Source: an uncultured virus (IMG/VR IMGVR_UViG_3300020526_000001) (taxonomy: Duplodnaviria; Heunggongvirae; Uroviricota; Caudoviricetes). Taken from it: a stretch of DNA of 64,000 nucleotides. How positions within the stretch are numbered: the first letter of the stretch is position 1; each line of letters starts with the position of its first letter. Below are positions 50,378-59,887 of the stretch, piece by piece. The notes below the pieces were generated by a model, which was given only the letters and a program-made list of their open reading frames with translations, was not told the origin of the DNA and did no database searches. Location: the IMG/VR virus record IMGVR_UViG_3300020526_000001; one strand, given 5' to 3'. Position numbers and translations under genes: made by a program.

Positions 50378-51394
50378 ATGACAGCAAATTTTAACGTAGA
50401 TGTGACAAAACTATATTATACAGTAAATTCAATTGCTAGTTCAAATAGTGTAGTGTATAAAAAAAATTATACAGTCACAGTTAGACCAAGAGAATTGTCT
50501 AATGGAAAACCATTATATGAAAGGATACATTCTGAACTTCTTAGATTATATCCTAATATTAAATTAAAAAAAGAAATTGATGGAGATGTTGGAAAAATAA
50601 GAGTTACTGAAAACGGATATGGATATATTAAAATTCAATTAGAAAGATCTACTAGAAAAACTAGTCCTGTATTGAAACCAGGTGAAGCATATGAACTATA
50701 TTTTCATTCTGTAATTTTAGATGAACTGCAAAGATTGAAAGAGTTGAAGGAAGAACTAGACCTTCCTCCCCAAGTATTTGATATGTATAATAATTTAACT
50801 TTGAATGTATATGGTGGTAATAAAAAAATTTCTATAGGACCAATAAAATCTGCAGATAAAGTCGGACAGACTGGTGGAAAACCAGATATTTCCATTAAAA
50901 CAAAAGATGGAAAAACCACTACAATATCACTTAAACAGGGAAACTTTTCATTTTGGAGTAGTGCAGATACATATCAAAATGTACCTAAAAAAGTATTACA
51001 AGATACTGTAGCAAAAGGAATAGTTTCATTAAAAACTACTGCAAATGGAAATACCGTCTTTGACAATAATATTGGTGGAATAAGAGTTCCCGCAACGATA
51101 GATGAAATTAAAAAATATTGTTTTGGTGGACCTACCGGAGTTGATTACATTGTTATAAATGCTAAAATGACAGGAGTAAGTCGCAATATCATAAGTATGA
51201 ATGGAATGAGCATATTTAAAAATAATAGTCCTGGAGATTTAATGCGATTGAATAACGATGTGTATCTGGTGATAAAATCTAATAACACCAGAAGTGCAAG
51301 TGCGATGTTGCCATATAAAGGACTTACCGTTAATTTTGCGAATAAAGCACACGCATTTGACCCCAGAAATAGATATGTGGATGGAGTTAGATAA
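50378..51394 (+). CDS. Putative PD-(D/E)xK-fold nuclease
   Basis: GEAYE helix followed by KPDI.I...ISLK. Confidence 0.5.
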   Translation: MTANFNVDVTKLYYTVNSIASSNSVVYKKNYTVTVRPRELSNGKPLYERIHSELLRLYPNIKLKKEIDGDVGKIRVTENGYGYIKIQLERSTRKTSPVLKPGEAYELYFHSVILDELQRLKELKEELDLPPQVFDMYNNLTLNVYGGNKKISIGPIKSADKVGQTGGKPDISIKTKDGKTTTISLKQGNFSFWSSADTYQNVPKKVLQDTVAKGIVSLKTTANGNTVFDNNIGGIRVPATIDEIKKYCFGGPTGVDYIVINAKMTGVSRNIISMNGMSIFKNNSPGDLMRLNNDVYLVIKSNNTRSASAMLPYKGLTVNFANKAHAFDPRNRYVDGVR

Positions 51395-51423
51395 TCTACT
51401 AAATATTTAAAAACCAAGTAATA

Positions 51424-52620
51424 ATGAAGACTTTTGCCAGATTTTTTAACGAAGCAGTAGAGACCCAAGCATCTACCGAGGCAAAGAACCGCGGACTTGT
51501 AGGAAACGGTCACGGAGATTGGTATGATAAACAGGGAAATTTTGTTGCTAAAACGGTTAAGGGTAGGTTAAAGTTTTTTGGTCAAGGTGATACAGTATCT
51601 CAGGATAATATTCCTGGAGAGGAAGTAAAAAAGGCAGCAGCAACTCAACAAACAACTGCTGCTCCAGAACAAGAAGAACAACCACAGGCTAACGGAGTTG
51701 CAGTCGTTGTTGGTAGATTCAATCCACCATCTAAGAATCACGATGCATTACTAAAAGTTGGGATGTCTCAAGCAAAAAGACGTGGATTTGAATATAGAAT
51801 TTATCCAAGTAGAATTCAGGATTATGCAACAAATCCTTTAAATCCATCTACAAAGATTGCATATATGCAGGCATTGTTTCCTGATTATGCAGAATATATT
51901 GTTGATGATGAGGGATCAAAAACTGTTTTTGACATTCTTGCTTCTGTTTATGGTAATGGTTATACTGATGTTGTTTTAGTAGTGGGGCAAGATCGTCTTG
52001 GTGAATTTCAAAGTTTGGTGCATAAGGGTGAAGGTCAAAATTATGAGTTCAATAGTATTGAGGTTGTTCCATCTGGAGTAAAAGATCCAGATAGTGAGGT
52101 AGAAACTCCTGGTTCTTCTGCTCTAATGAGGGCAGCAGCAGCCGTAGATGATTTTGATAAGTTTGTAATGGGTCTCCCCTCTACCGCAAATCAAGATGAT
52201 GCTGCTGCATTATTTGATGATGTTAAGAAGTCATTGAAAGTTACTGAAGATACTGAAGTTTGGAAGATTGAACCACTCTTAGATTATGGTGCTTTGAGAT
52301 GGAATTATAAAAATGAAGGATTATATGAAGTTGATACTTTAGTTGAGAATTTGAATACTGGACTTGTTGGAAAAATTATTCGTAGAGGAGCAAATTATTT
52401 AATTTGTGTTACCGAATCTGGTGTTATGTTTAAGAGTTGGTTGAAGGATGTTAGAGAAGTATTTGAAATTGGAACAACTGAATATTTACAGCACGTACAG
52501 CAAATGACACCAGGGCAACCAGTAATGTCCTTTACTGACATTATAGTTAAGAGAACTATTCCCCAATTTAAACCAAAAATACTAAATACTAATAGTAAAA
52601 AGTTGTCTAAGGTAAAATGA
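51424..52620 (+). CDS. Cytidylyltransferase-like (HIGH superfamily) protein with CTS-like N-terminus
   Basis: GRFNPP...H, NPL...K, VVGQDR, SSA.MR; starts MKTFARFFNE. Confidence 0.75.
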   Translation: MKTFARFFNEAVETQASTEAKNRGLVGNGHGDWYDKQGNFVAKTVKGRLKFFGQGDTVSQDNIPGEEVKKAAATQQTTAAPEQEEQPQANGVAVVVGRFNPPSKNHDALLKVGMSQAKRRGFEYRIYPSRIQDYATNPLNPSTKIAYMQALFPDYAEYIVDDEGSKTVFDILASVYGNGYTDVVLVVGQDRLGEFQSLVHKGEGQNYEFNSIEVVPSGVKDPDSEVETPGSSALMRAAAAVDDFDKFVMGLPSTANQDDAAALFDDVKKSLKVTEDTEVWKIEPLLDYGALRWNYKNEGLYEVDTLVENLNTGLVGKIIRRGANYLICVTESGVMFKSWLKDVREVFEIGTTEYLQHVQQMTPGQPVMSFTDIIVKRTIPQFKPKILNTNSKKLSKVK

Positions 52621-54437
52621 CCTATTGGGAAAAGTATATCTCTGAAGAAATGACTGCTGCTCAAAAAAAGAAGGCAGCAGAAGGAATTATGGACGATTTG
52701 ACTGGAAAGAAGAAAGATAAAAAGGGCAAAAAGGGTAAAAAAAATAAAAAAGGTACGTCAAGATATCAAGAGTACCTAGATCAGCAACTTGAGTTTAAGA
52801 AAAAAAAGTATGAAGATCAGAAAAAAAGAGAAATAGAAAAAAGAAAAGAACAAAATAAAGATAAATCAAAACAAGCAATATCTTCAATTAAACAGCAAAC
52901 AATAAGTTATAAGGACCAAGATCCTACTGCTTATCTTAAAGCAGTAGAGAATATTGGGAGTGCTGCTGCTGGAATTGGGAAGGCTGCTTATTATGCTTTA
53001 CAGGCAAGAAGGAAAAAGAAGCAAGCCGAGAAAGAAGGTTCAAGACAACCAGAGAAAAAGGAACCAGGAAAACCAGGAAGACCAAAATCATCTGGTGGGG
53101 ATGTTCAGCAAGTTTCTGTGAGAGATGTTACTGCTACAGAAAAATCAGATAGAAAATCTTCCGGTGGACTTACAGGAACACCAGAAAGAAAGAAGTTAGT
53201 TCCTTTCACAAAAAGACTTCCTCCATCATCTAAAAGGATTGCACCTTCTGGTGGGACTCCATATCAAGCAGCACCCGATCCTCAAAGACAAACTGGAATG
53301 TCTTTAGGTCAAAGGGCAAGACGAAATCCCGCATTAAAATCTGCACTTATTAAAAATAGAATGGAAAATTATTCAGATTGGAGAGAAGAATTCCTTTTTG
53401 AAGTAGAAGGAAAGGCAAATAAGGTAGAAAAAGAAAAAATTATTGATGTTATGAAAGGTAAAAATAAAATTGAAATGAATCCTACTGTCACTGAAGACCA
53501 TAAAGAGATTGCAAGTGGCAAAAGAAAAGATGATGAAGGATATATGGCAAATGTAGAATTGGACCAAATGGAGAGGGCAATTAAAGCACTTCGTAAAAAA
53601 ATAAAAAAATCTGATATGCAAATGCCTGCTTGGGTTCAATCCAAAATTACAAGAGCAGCAGATTATATTGATACTGCTTCTGAGTATCTTCAAAGTGAAG
53701 AGGGGATTTCTGAAGAAAAGGAAGAAAAAAGATATTGTAAACTTTGTAGAAAAGAAGAGTCCAAAGGTGAGTGCTCTTATGGACCTTCTATGTGGGAAAA
53801 GTATACAATCAGTGAAATGGCACCATTAGTTGCTGCTCTTGGCAGAGTTGCGTTGGGTGCAGGAGCAAGAACAGCAGCAACAACTGGAGCCAGAGCAGCA
53901 GTTACTTCTGCAGTGAAAGACATTGCAAAAGAAAAACTAAAAGCAGGAATTCAAAATTCACTTAATCGTGCAGGACAAAAAGTTCAATCTAGTCCTGATG
54001 CAGTTAGTCCCGAAGATAGTGGAGTAACTGCTTATAGAAAAGCATTATCAAATATTGTTGGAGAAGAGGTAGATAAAAAAAAAACTTTAATGTTAATGGT
54101 GCTTAAGGCACTTGAAGATAAAAAGAGAAGGAAGAATTCACAATTAATTAATGGAATTATTGGTGAATCAAAAAAGTCCGAAATGAAGTGCAACAAACCA
54201 AAAGCAGAAGCACACGGTTCTGGTGAGACTGGAAAATCTCACGTAGTAAAAGCTTGTGAAGATGGTAAAGAAGAGTTAATTCGTTTTGGTCAACTTGGTG
54301 TTAAGGGTTCTCCAAAAAAAGAAGGAGAGTCCGAAGAATATGCAAGTCGTCGCAAGAGGTTTAAGACTAGACATGCAAAAAATATCGCAAAGGGAAAAAT
54401 GAGTGCTGCCTATTGGGCAGACAAAGTTAAGTGGTGA
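52617..54437 (+). CDS. Large modular basic protein, putative head-internal polyprotein
   Basis: Modules YSDWREEF, PAWVQSKIT.A.DY, RYC..C...E...EC.YG and RFG...RR.RF..RH...SAAYWA.K.KW. Confidence 0.55.
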   Translation: MTYWEKYISEEMTAAQKKKAAEGIMDDLTGKKKDKKGKKGKKNKKGTSRYQEYLDQQLEFKKKKYEDQKKREIEKRKEQNKDKSKQAISSIKQQTISYKDQDPTAYLKAVENIGSAAAGIGKAAYYALQARRKKKQAEKEGSRQPEKKEPGKPGRPKSSGGDVQQVSVRDVTATEKSDRKSSGGLTGTPERKKLVPFTKRLPPSSKRIAPSGGTPYQAAPDPQRQTGMSLGQRARRNPALKSALIKNRMENYSDWREEFLFEVEGKANKVEKEKIIDVMKGKNKIEMNPTVTEDHKEIASGKRKDDEGYMANVELDQMERAIKALRKKIKKSDMQMPAWVQSKITRAADYIDTASEYLQSEEGISEEKEEKRYCKLCRKEESKGECSYGPSMWEKYTISEMAPLVAALGRVALGAGARTAATTGARAAVTSAVKDIAKEKLKAGIQNSLNRAGQKVQSSPDAVSPEDSGVTAYRKALSNIVGEEVDKKKTLMLMVLKALEDKKRRKNSQLINGIIGESKKSEMKCNKPKAEAHGSGETGKSHVVKACEDGKEELIRFGQLGVKGSPKKEGESEEYASRRKRFKTRHAKNIAKGKMSAAYWADKVKW

Positions 54438-54488
54438 TTGAATAGCATCTTGGGATAAATAATTTTGGTCCAACTTACGGAGGTCATC

Positions 54489-54662
54489 ATGGATGCAATT
54501 GTAGCAATCGTAAAACCAATTCTTATTAGAATTGCAACTCACCCATCAGTTAAAAATCTTGTTATTGAACTTCTTGAAAAGTATGTAACAACTACAGACA
54601 ATAGCATTGATAATGTTATTCTTGCTACTGTTAAGGAACTTCTATTTAAACCAGAAGTGTGA
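54489..54662 (+). CDS. Small hypothetical protein
   Basis: GGAGG RBS; TDN.ID motif. Confidence 0.6.
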   Translation: MDAIVAIVKPILIRIATHPSVKNLVIELLEKYVTTTDNSIDNVILATVKELLFKPEV

Positions 54663-54704
54663 TTTCCCAAGTTCATAACTTGAGTTTAATTTTTTAATGA
54701 TTGT

Positions 54705-54740
54705 GAGGGGTGAAGTGTTGCCTTACCCCTTTTATAAATA
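54705..54740 (+). terminator. Terminator followed by late promoter TATAAATA (54733-54740)
   Basis: AGGGGTGAAG...CTTACCCCT followed by Ts. Confidence 0.6.
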
Positions 54741-54774
54741 AGTTTAGGAAAAATTTTTTACGGAAAAGAAAAAA

Positions 54775-55581
54775 ATGGCACTCTGGGGTAAAAAAGACGA
54801 CATTTATTCTGCTGGAACTATTGCAGTCAATTATGCAAATAAAACTGTAACTGGGTCCGGAACCACTTTCACCGCATTGCGTGTTGGTGATGTGATTTCT
54901 ATCGGAACTGGTACTACTTTTGGTGAGGCAGTTGTATCTGGTATTACCTCAGATACAGTTATTTCTATTGCATCTACTCAGTATCTGAGTGGTGCTGCCA
55001 TTTCTGGAGTACAGTGGACTGCATCGCAGAAACCAAAGTACACTATGCACGATTCTAATTATTCTGCAACTGAAATTCTTGGTGTTGATGAGAATGAGAT
55101 TGTTTCATCAACACTAGAACCTTCGCATACTGGATGGGTTGGTGTTCATACTTATGTTGATACTCACGGAAATCTCAGAAGAAAAACTGAGGTTCTCGTT
55201 GCTATGTCTGGAATCACAACTGGTGTAGCAAGTACAACTGGAGTTGGTGGTGATGCTGCTGATGACACACTTCTTCCAGATACTGTAATTTCAATTGCAA
55301 CTCAACCATCTAATGTTGGTATTGCTTCAACTGCACTACCACAGACAGTTAACTTTAGTGTAGTAGCAGCAACTTCTCCAGTATCTCAGGCTGTTACTTA
55401 TCAGTGGCAGAGAAGCACAAATGGTGGTACTTCATACACCAATGTTGGTGGAGCAACTACATCTGCAGTTAGTGTTGCAGTTACTAATACTACATTTAAT
55501 GGATATCTATATCGTGTTGTTGTTAATTCCGCAGGTGCTACTCAAGTTGCATCTAACTCTGCAACCCTTACTGTATCGTGA
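54775..55581 (+). CDS. Virion structural protein with C-terminal Ig-like domain
   Basis: MALWG start, H.GWV...R.K.EVLVA, QP...YQWQ.S...Y.YRVVV...S.SA.LTV. Confidence 0.7.
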   Translation: MALWGKKDDIYSAGTIAVNYANKTVTGSGTTFTALRVGDVISIGTGTTFGEAVVSGITSDTVISIASTQYLSGAAISGVQWTASQKPKYTMHDSNYSATEILGVDENEIVSSTLEPSHTGWVGVHTYVDTHGNLRRKTEVLVAMSGITTGVASTTGVGGDAADDTLLPDTVISIATQPSNVGIASTALPQTVNFSVVAATSPVSQAVTYQWQRSTNGGTSYTNVGGATTSAVSVAVTNTTFNGYLYRVVVNSAGATQVASNSATLTVS

Positions 55582-55589
55582 TTTGATAT

Positions 55590-55961
55590 ATGAGATTTGA
55601 TGAGTTGAATGAAGACAATTATCTTCTTTTTGCAATTAAACATTATGAAAATCCTCAGTCTGTAACTAAGGATGACTTTTATGATGACCTAAAAAGAATT
55701 AGGTGGATTAAAAAGTTATTGAAAAAATATAAAAATGAAGGTGAACTGAAAACTCATTTATTGATAAACCACTTTATTATTCTTTATAATGTATTTGGTG
55801 ATGCAGCAACACCAATGCTGTTTTATAAGCTGGAAATGGAATATTGGAGTGTGTTGAAAACTTTTATATTATATCTTCAAAGATTCCCAGAATATCCAGT
55901 TACCATAATACATAGTGTTCCTATTGATGATACTTGTTTAAAACTACTCAATTCAATCTAA
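55590..55961 (+). CDS. Conserved T4-like hypothetical protein
   Basis: FA.KHY.NP...F..DL.R...LL.NH.I.LYNVFG. Confidence 0.7.
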   Translation: MRFDELNEDNYLLFAIKHYENPQSVTKDDFYDDLKRIRWIKKLLKKYKNEGELKTHLLINHFIILYNVFGDAATPMLFYKLEMEYWSVLKTFILYLQRFPEYPVTIIHSVPIDDTCLKLLNSI

Positions 55962-56164
55962 TGGAAGATAGAATTTTAGAGAAAATTATTTCAATAGTAA
56001 GAAATAATTTAAGTGAAGAAGGTGCAATGGCATTGCCAACTAATAATGTTGGTTCTGGTAATATTGCTGGGACTCCAGAGGCAGATCCAGGAAATCCACC
56101 AGTAAAAAAAGCAAAAAAGAAATATATCTACCAAAAAAACTCCCGTAAACTTTGGAAAATATAA
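55961..56164 (+). CDS. Small hypothetical protein
   Basis: LSEE followed by PTNNVG.GNIAG and a basic tail. Confidence 0.55.
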   Translation: MEDRILEKIISIVRNNLSEEGAMALPTNNVGSGNIAGTPEADPGNPPVKKAKKKYIYQKNSRKLWKI

Positions 56165-56169
56165 ATGCC

Positions 56170-56589
56170 ATGTTCTCACAAGAATCTAAATTAGCGGTTC
56201 TTGAATCTAAACTCAATATCTATGAAGAACTGTCCAGAGAAATGCTTTCGAAATTGGAAGCAGCTGTGGAAAAAATATCAGAAGGAAATAACCGCATCGC
56301 AATGATTCTTACGAAGCATGACGAAAGGATAGAACAGGCAATAAAGACTGACGATCTCATTATAAAGATGATTGATGAGGTTAAGGATTCAAATTCAAAA
56401 GAACATGCCATTGTCATCAAAAGATTAGAGACAGTAGAAAATAATATCGCAGACTTATCTAAGTTTAAGTGGCAAGTAGCAGCTATTTCAGGTGCTGCTG
56501 TTTTGATTATTGGTTTGGTGGTCCCCTTTCTTGACAACATGCTTCCAGGACCTTATAATGGAGGTTCCCAGACCACCCAAACTAGATAA
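56170..56589 (+). CDS. Coiled-coil protein with C-terminal transmembrane helix
   Basis: Heptad-rich, followed by WQVAAISGAAVLIIGLVVPFL. Confidence 0.6.
   Translation: MFSQESKLAVLESKLNIYEELSREMLSKLEAAVEKISEGNNRIAMILTKHDERIEQAIKTDDLIIKMIDEVKDSNSKEHAIVIKRLETVENNIADLSKFKWQVAAISGAAVLIIGLVVPFLDNMLPGPYNGGSQTTQTR
56531..56559 (+). promoter_or_regulatory. Consensus sigma70 early promoter for g61-nrdAB
   Basis: TTGACA-17bp-TATAAT embedded in the upstream CDS. Confidence 0.8.
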
Positions 56590-57590
56590 TGAGTTTTATT
56601 GATTCCAAATATATCGGGTTGGTTTCTTCCCGACTGCATAAGTTCGCTAGAAAAAAAGAAGGTCTATACAATTTTCGTTGCCCTTATTGTGGAGATAGTC
56701 AGAGGACTAAAAATAAGGCACGAGGATACCTTTATAAGTTGAAGAACGACCATAACTTCAAATGCCATAATTGTGGGGTTTCTAGGACGTTTACTAACTT
56801 CCTGAAGGACATGGATACTGTGTTGTATGACCAGTATGTGATGGAGAGATATAAGAATGGTCTAACAGGAAAGGGAAGTCAAACAAAGACACCAGAGTTT
56901 AAGTTTGAAAAACCTGACTTTTCAAAAAAGTCTTTTGACCTGCCATCTATCGCAGAACTAAATAAAGAACACTTGGCAAGACAATATCTAGAGAACAGAA
57001 AAATTCCAAAAGAATATTTTCGTGAATTGTATTTTTGTCAAAACTTCAAAGAGTGGACAAACACTCAGAAGCACACATTCGATAATTTAGACAATGACGA
57101 ACCAAGAATCATCATCCCACTCATCAATCAAGGAAAAATCTTCGGGTTTCAAGGTCGCAGTCTGAATAAGAATTCAAAGGTCAAATATATTACAATCATC
57201 CTAGACGACAGCCATCCAAAAATATATGGTTTAGATAAAGCAGATTTTAATAAGACTGTATATGTCGTTGAAGGACCAATCGATAGTATGTTTTTAGATA
57301 ATGCAATTGCTATGGTTGGAGCAGATTTGGACTACATGTTTTTCATTACTAATTTTGAATCGGACTTTGTGATGGTTTATGATAATGAAAAACGAAATAA
57401 ACAAATTATTCAGAGAATGGAGAAGGCAATTGATTCCAAATTTCCTATTGTAATTTGGCCGAATGACTTGAAAGAAAAGGACATCAATGATATGATACTT
57501 GAAGGTATTGATGTCAACAAAACTGTAAAAGAAAATACCTTTATGGGGTTAGAAGCAAAAGCAAAACTTATTGGTTGGAAACGAGTATGA
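56589..57590 (+). CDS. g61: DNA primase gp61
   Basis: RCPYCGDS...CHNCG zinc finger, EGPIDS, DNE.RN, KDINDM. Confidence 0.95.
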   Translation: MSFIDSKYIGLVSSRLHKFARKKEGLYNFRCPYCGDSQRTKNKARGYLYKLKNDHNFKCHNCGVSRTFTNFLKDMDTVLYDQYVMERYKNGLTGKGSQTKTPEFKFEKPDFSKKSFDLPSIAELNKEHLARQYLENRKIPKEYFRELYFCQNFKEWTNTQKHTFDNLDNDEPRIIIPLINQGKIFGFQGRSLNKNSKVKYITIILDDSHPKIYGLDKADFNKTVYVVEGPIDSMFLDNAIAMVGADLDYMFFITNFESDFVMVYDNEKRNKQIIQRMEKAIDSKFPIVIWPNDLKEKDINDMILEGIDVNKTVKENTFMGLEAKAKLIGWKRV

Positions 57591-59887
57591 GCAACGGGAC
57601 AAAAGTAATTAAAAGAAATGGTCGAGTGGAATCTTTGGATTTGAATAAAATTCATTTGATGGTTGATGAGGCTTGTAAGGATTTGTCGGGAGTATCGGCA
57701 AGTCAGGTTGAGATGCAATCTGGAATCCAATTTTATGATGGTATTGCAACTCGGGAAATTCAAGAAATCTTGATTCGGTCTGCATCGGATCTAATTGATT
57801 TGGATAATCCAAATTATCAGTTTGTTGCAGCAAGACTTCTATTGTTTTCTGTAAGAAAGTCTTTGTATGGGAAAATTCAACACCATCCTACTTTCCTAGA
57901 TCACATTAAAAAATGTGTAACCGCTGGTGTTTATGACAAAGAAATTCTCACAAACTATTCTGAAGAAGAACTTAATAAACTTGGTTCGTATATTAATCAT
58001 AATCGTGACTACTTATTCACTTATGCGGGTCTACGTCAAGTCGTTGATAAGTACCTCGTGCAAGATAGAAGCAGTGGAAGTGTATATGAAACCCCACAGT
58101 TTATGTACATGATGATTGCTGCGACAATTTTTTCTCAATACTCAAAAGAAATTCGTCTTTCATACGTAAAGAGGTACTATGACGCAATCTCCAAACACAA
58201 AATCAACATTCCCACACCTATCATGGCAGGAGTGCGAACTCCACTTCGACAATTTGCTAGCTGTGTTCTTGTTGATTCTGATGACACCCTCGATAGCATC
58301 TTTAGTTCTGATATGGCTATCGGCAGATATGTTGCACAAAGGGCGGGAATCGGTATCAACGCAGGCAGAATCCGTGGCATTAACGCTAAAATCAGAGGTG
58401 GAGAAGTTCAGCACACAGGTGTTGTACCATTCCTCAAAAAATTTGAGAGCACTGTCAGATGCTGCACTCAAAATGGCATCCGAGGTGGATCAGCAACTGT
58501 CCACTTTCCAATCTGGCACCAAGAAATCGAAGACATTCTAGTTCTCAAGAACAACAAAGGAACTGAAGATAATCGAGTTCGTAAACTTGACTACTCCATT
58601 CAAATTTCCAAGTTATTCTATGAAAGGTTTATCAAAGATGAAGAGATTACTCTCTTCAGTCCCCACGACGTACCTGGACTTTATGATTCTTTCGGACTCC
58701 CTGAGTTTGACGATCTCTATGCTTCATATGAAAAAGATCCGTCCGTTAAGAAAAAAACTATTAAGGCACAGGAACTCATTCTTGATCTCCTCAAAGAACG
58801 TGCTGAAACGGGTCGTATCTACATAATGAATATCGATCATTGCAACTCTCATTCTTCATTTAATGATAAGATTTGGATGAGCAATCTTTGTCAGGAAATT
58901 ACGCTACCAACTAAACCATTACAACATATTGATGATCCAGATGGTGAGATTGCTCTTTGTATTCTTTCTGCAATTAATGTCGGTAAAGTAAAGTCAGACG
59001 AAGAGTTTGAAGAACTCTGTGATCTTTCTGTTCGTGGACTTGAAGAACTGATCGATTATCAGGAATATCCAGTTTCTGCAGCAGAGAAATCAACTAAAGC
59101 ACGTCGTTCACTTGGCATTGGATATATTGGTTTGGCACACTATTTGGCAAAACTTGGATTTAGTTATAATTCTCAGGAAGCATGGGATGCAGTTCATGGA
59201 CTTTCGGAGTCTTTTCAATATTATTTGCTAAAGTCTTCTAATCAAATTGCAAAAGAAAAAGGTTCTTGCGAATATTTTAATCGTACAAAATACTCACAGG
59301 GGTTACTTCCAATTGATACCTATAAAAAAGATGTAGACGAAATTACTTCTATTACATATCAACATGATTGGGAAACTTTACGTTCCGAGATTAAAGCATT
59401 TGGTCTACGACATTCAACACTGTCCGCACAAATGCCATCGGAGAGCAGTTCCGTTGTGTCAAATGCAACCAATGGAATCGAACCACCTAGAGGATACTTG
59501 TCCATTAAGAAATCAAAGAAAGGACCTCTTAAGCAAATTGTTCCACAGTATCAATCACTTAAGAACAACTATACGCTTCTTTGGGATATGCCTGATAACA
59601 ATGGTTATATTAATATTGTTTCTGTAATGCAAAAGTTTTTTGACCAGGCAATTTCTGGTAACTGGAGTTATAATCCAGAAAACTATCCAGACAATGAAGT
59701 TCCCGTGACGGTCATGGCAAATGATTTCTTAAAAACTTATAAGTATGGATGGAAAACTTCTTATTATCAAAATACCTACGATATTAAAACGGATGAGGTA
59801 AAGGAAGAACATAAGAATGTTGATGATTTAATTAAAGAAATTTTAAATTCAGAAGGAGAAGAGGATTGTGAATCCTGTAAAATTTAG
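57587..59887 (+). CDS. nrdA: Ribonucleotide reductase class Ia alpha subunit
   Basis: ATP cone, PTPIMAG, SNLCQEI, terminal CESC; no intein seen. Confidence 0.97.
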   Translation: MSNGTKVIKRNGRVESLDLNKIHLMVDEACKDLSGVSASQVEMQSGIQFYDGIATREIQEILIRSASDLIDLDNPNYQFVAARLLLFSVRKSLYGKIQHHPTFLDHIKKCVTAGVYDKEILTNYSEEELNKLGSYINHNRDYLFTYAGLRQVVDKYLVQDRSSGSVYETPQFMYMMIAATIFSQYSKEIRLSYVKRYYDAISKHKINIPTPIMAGVRTPLRQFASCVLVDSDDTLDSIFSSDMAIGRYVAQRAGIGINAGRIRGINAKIRGGEVQHTGVVPFLKKFESTVRCCTQNGIRGGSATVHFPIWHQEIEDILVLKNNKGTEDNRVRKLDYSIQISKLFYERFIKDEEITLFSPHDVPGLYDSFGLPEFDDLYASYEKDPSVKKKTIKAQELILDLLKERAETGRIYIMNIDHCNSHSSFNDKIWMSNLCQEITLPTKPLQHIDDPDGEIALCILSAINVGKVKSDEEFEELCDLSVRGLEELIDYQEYPVSAAEKSTKARRSLGIGYIGLAHYLAKLGFSYNSQEAWDAVHGLSESFQYYLLKSSNQIAKEKGSCEYFNRTKYSQGLLPIDTYKKDVDEITSITYQHDWETLRSEIKAFGLRHSTLSAQMPSESSSVVSNATNGIEPPRGYLSIKKSKKGPLKQIVPQYQSLKNNYTLLWDMPDNNGYINIVSVMQKFFDQAISGNWSYNPENYPDNEVPVTVMANDFLKTYKYGWKTSYYQNTYDIKTDEVKEEHKNVDDLIKEILNSEGEEDCESCKI

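Noticed and set aside
54662..54775. Possible tRNA or ncRNA in the intergenic gap
   Set aside because: Only a short hairpin and a terminator are present, with no cloverleaf. I saw no tRNA, rRNA or CRISPR array anywhere in the window.
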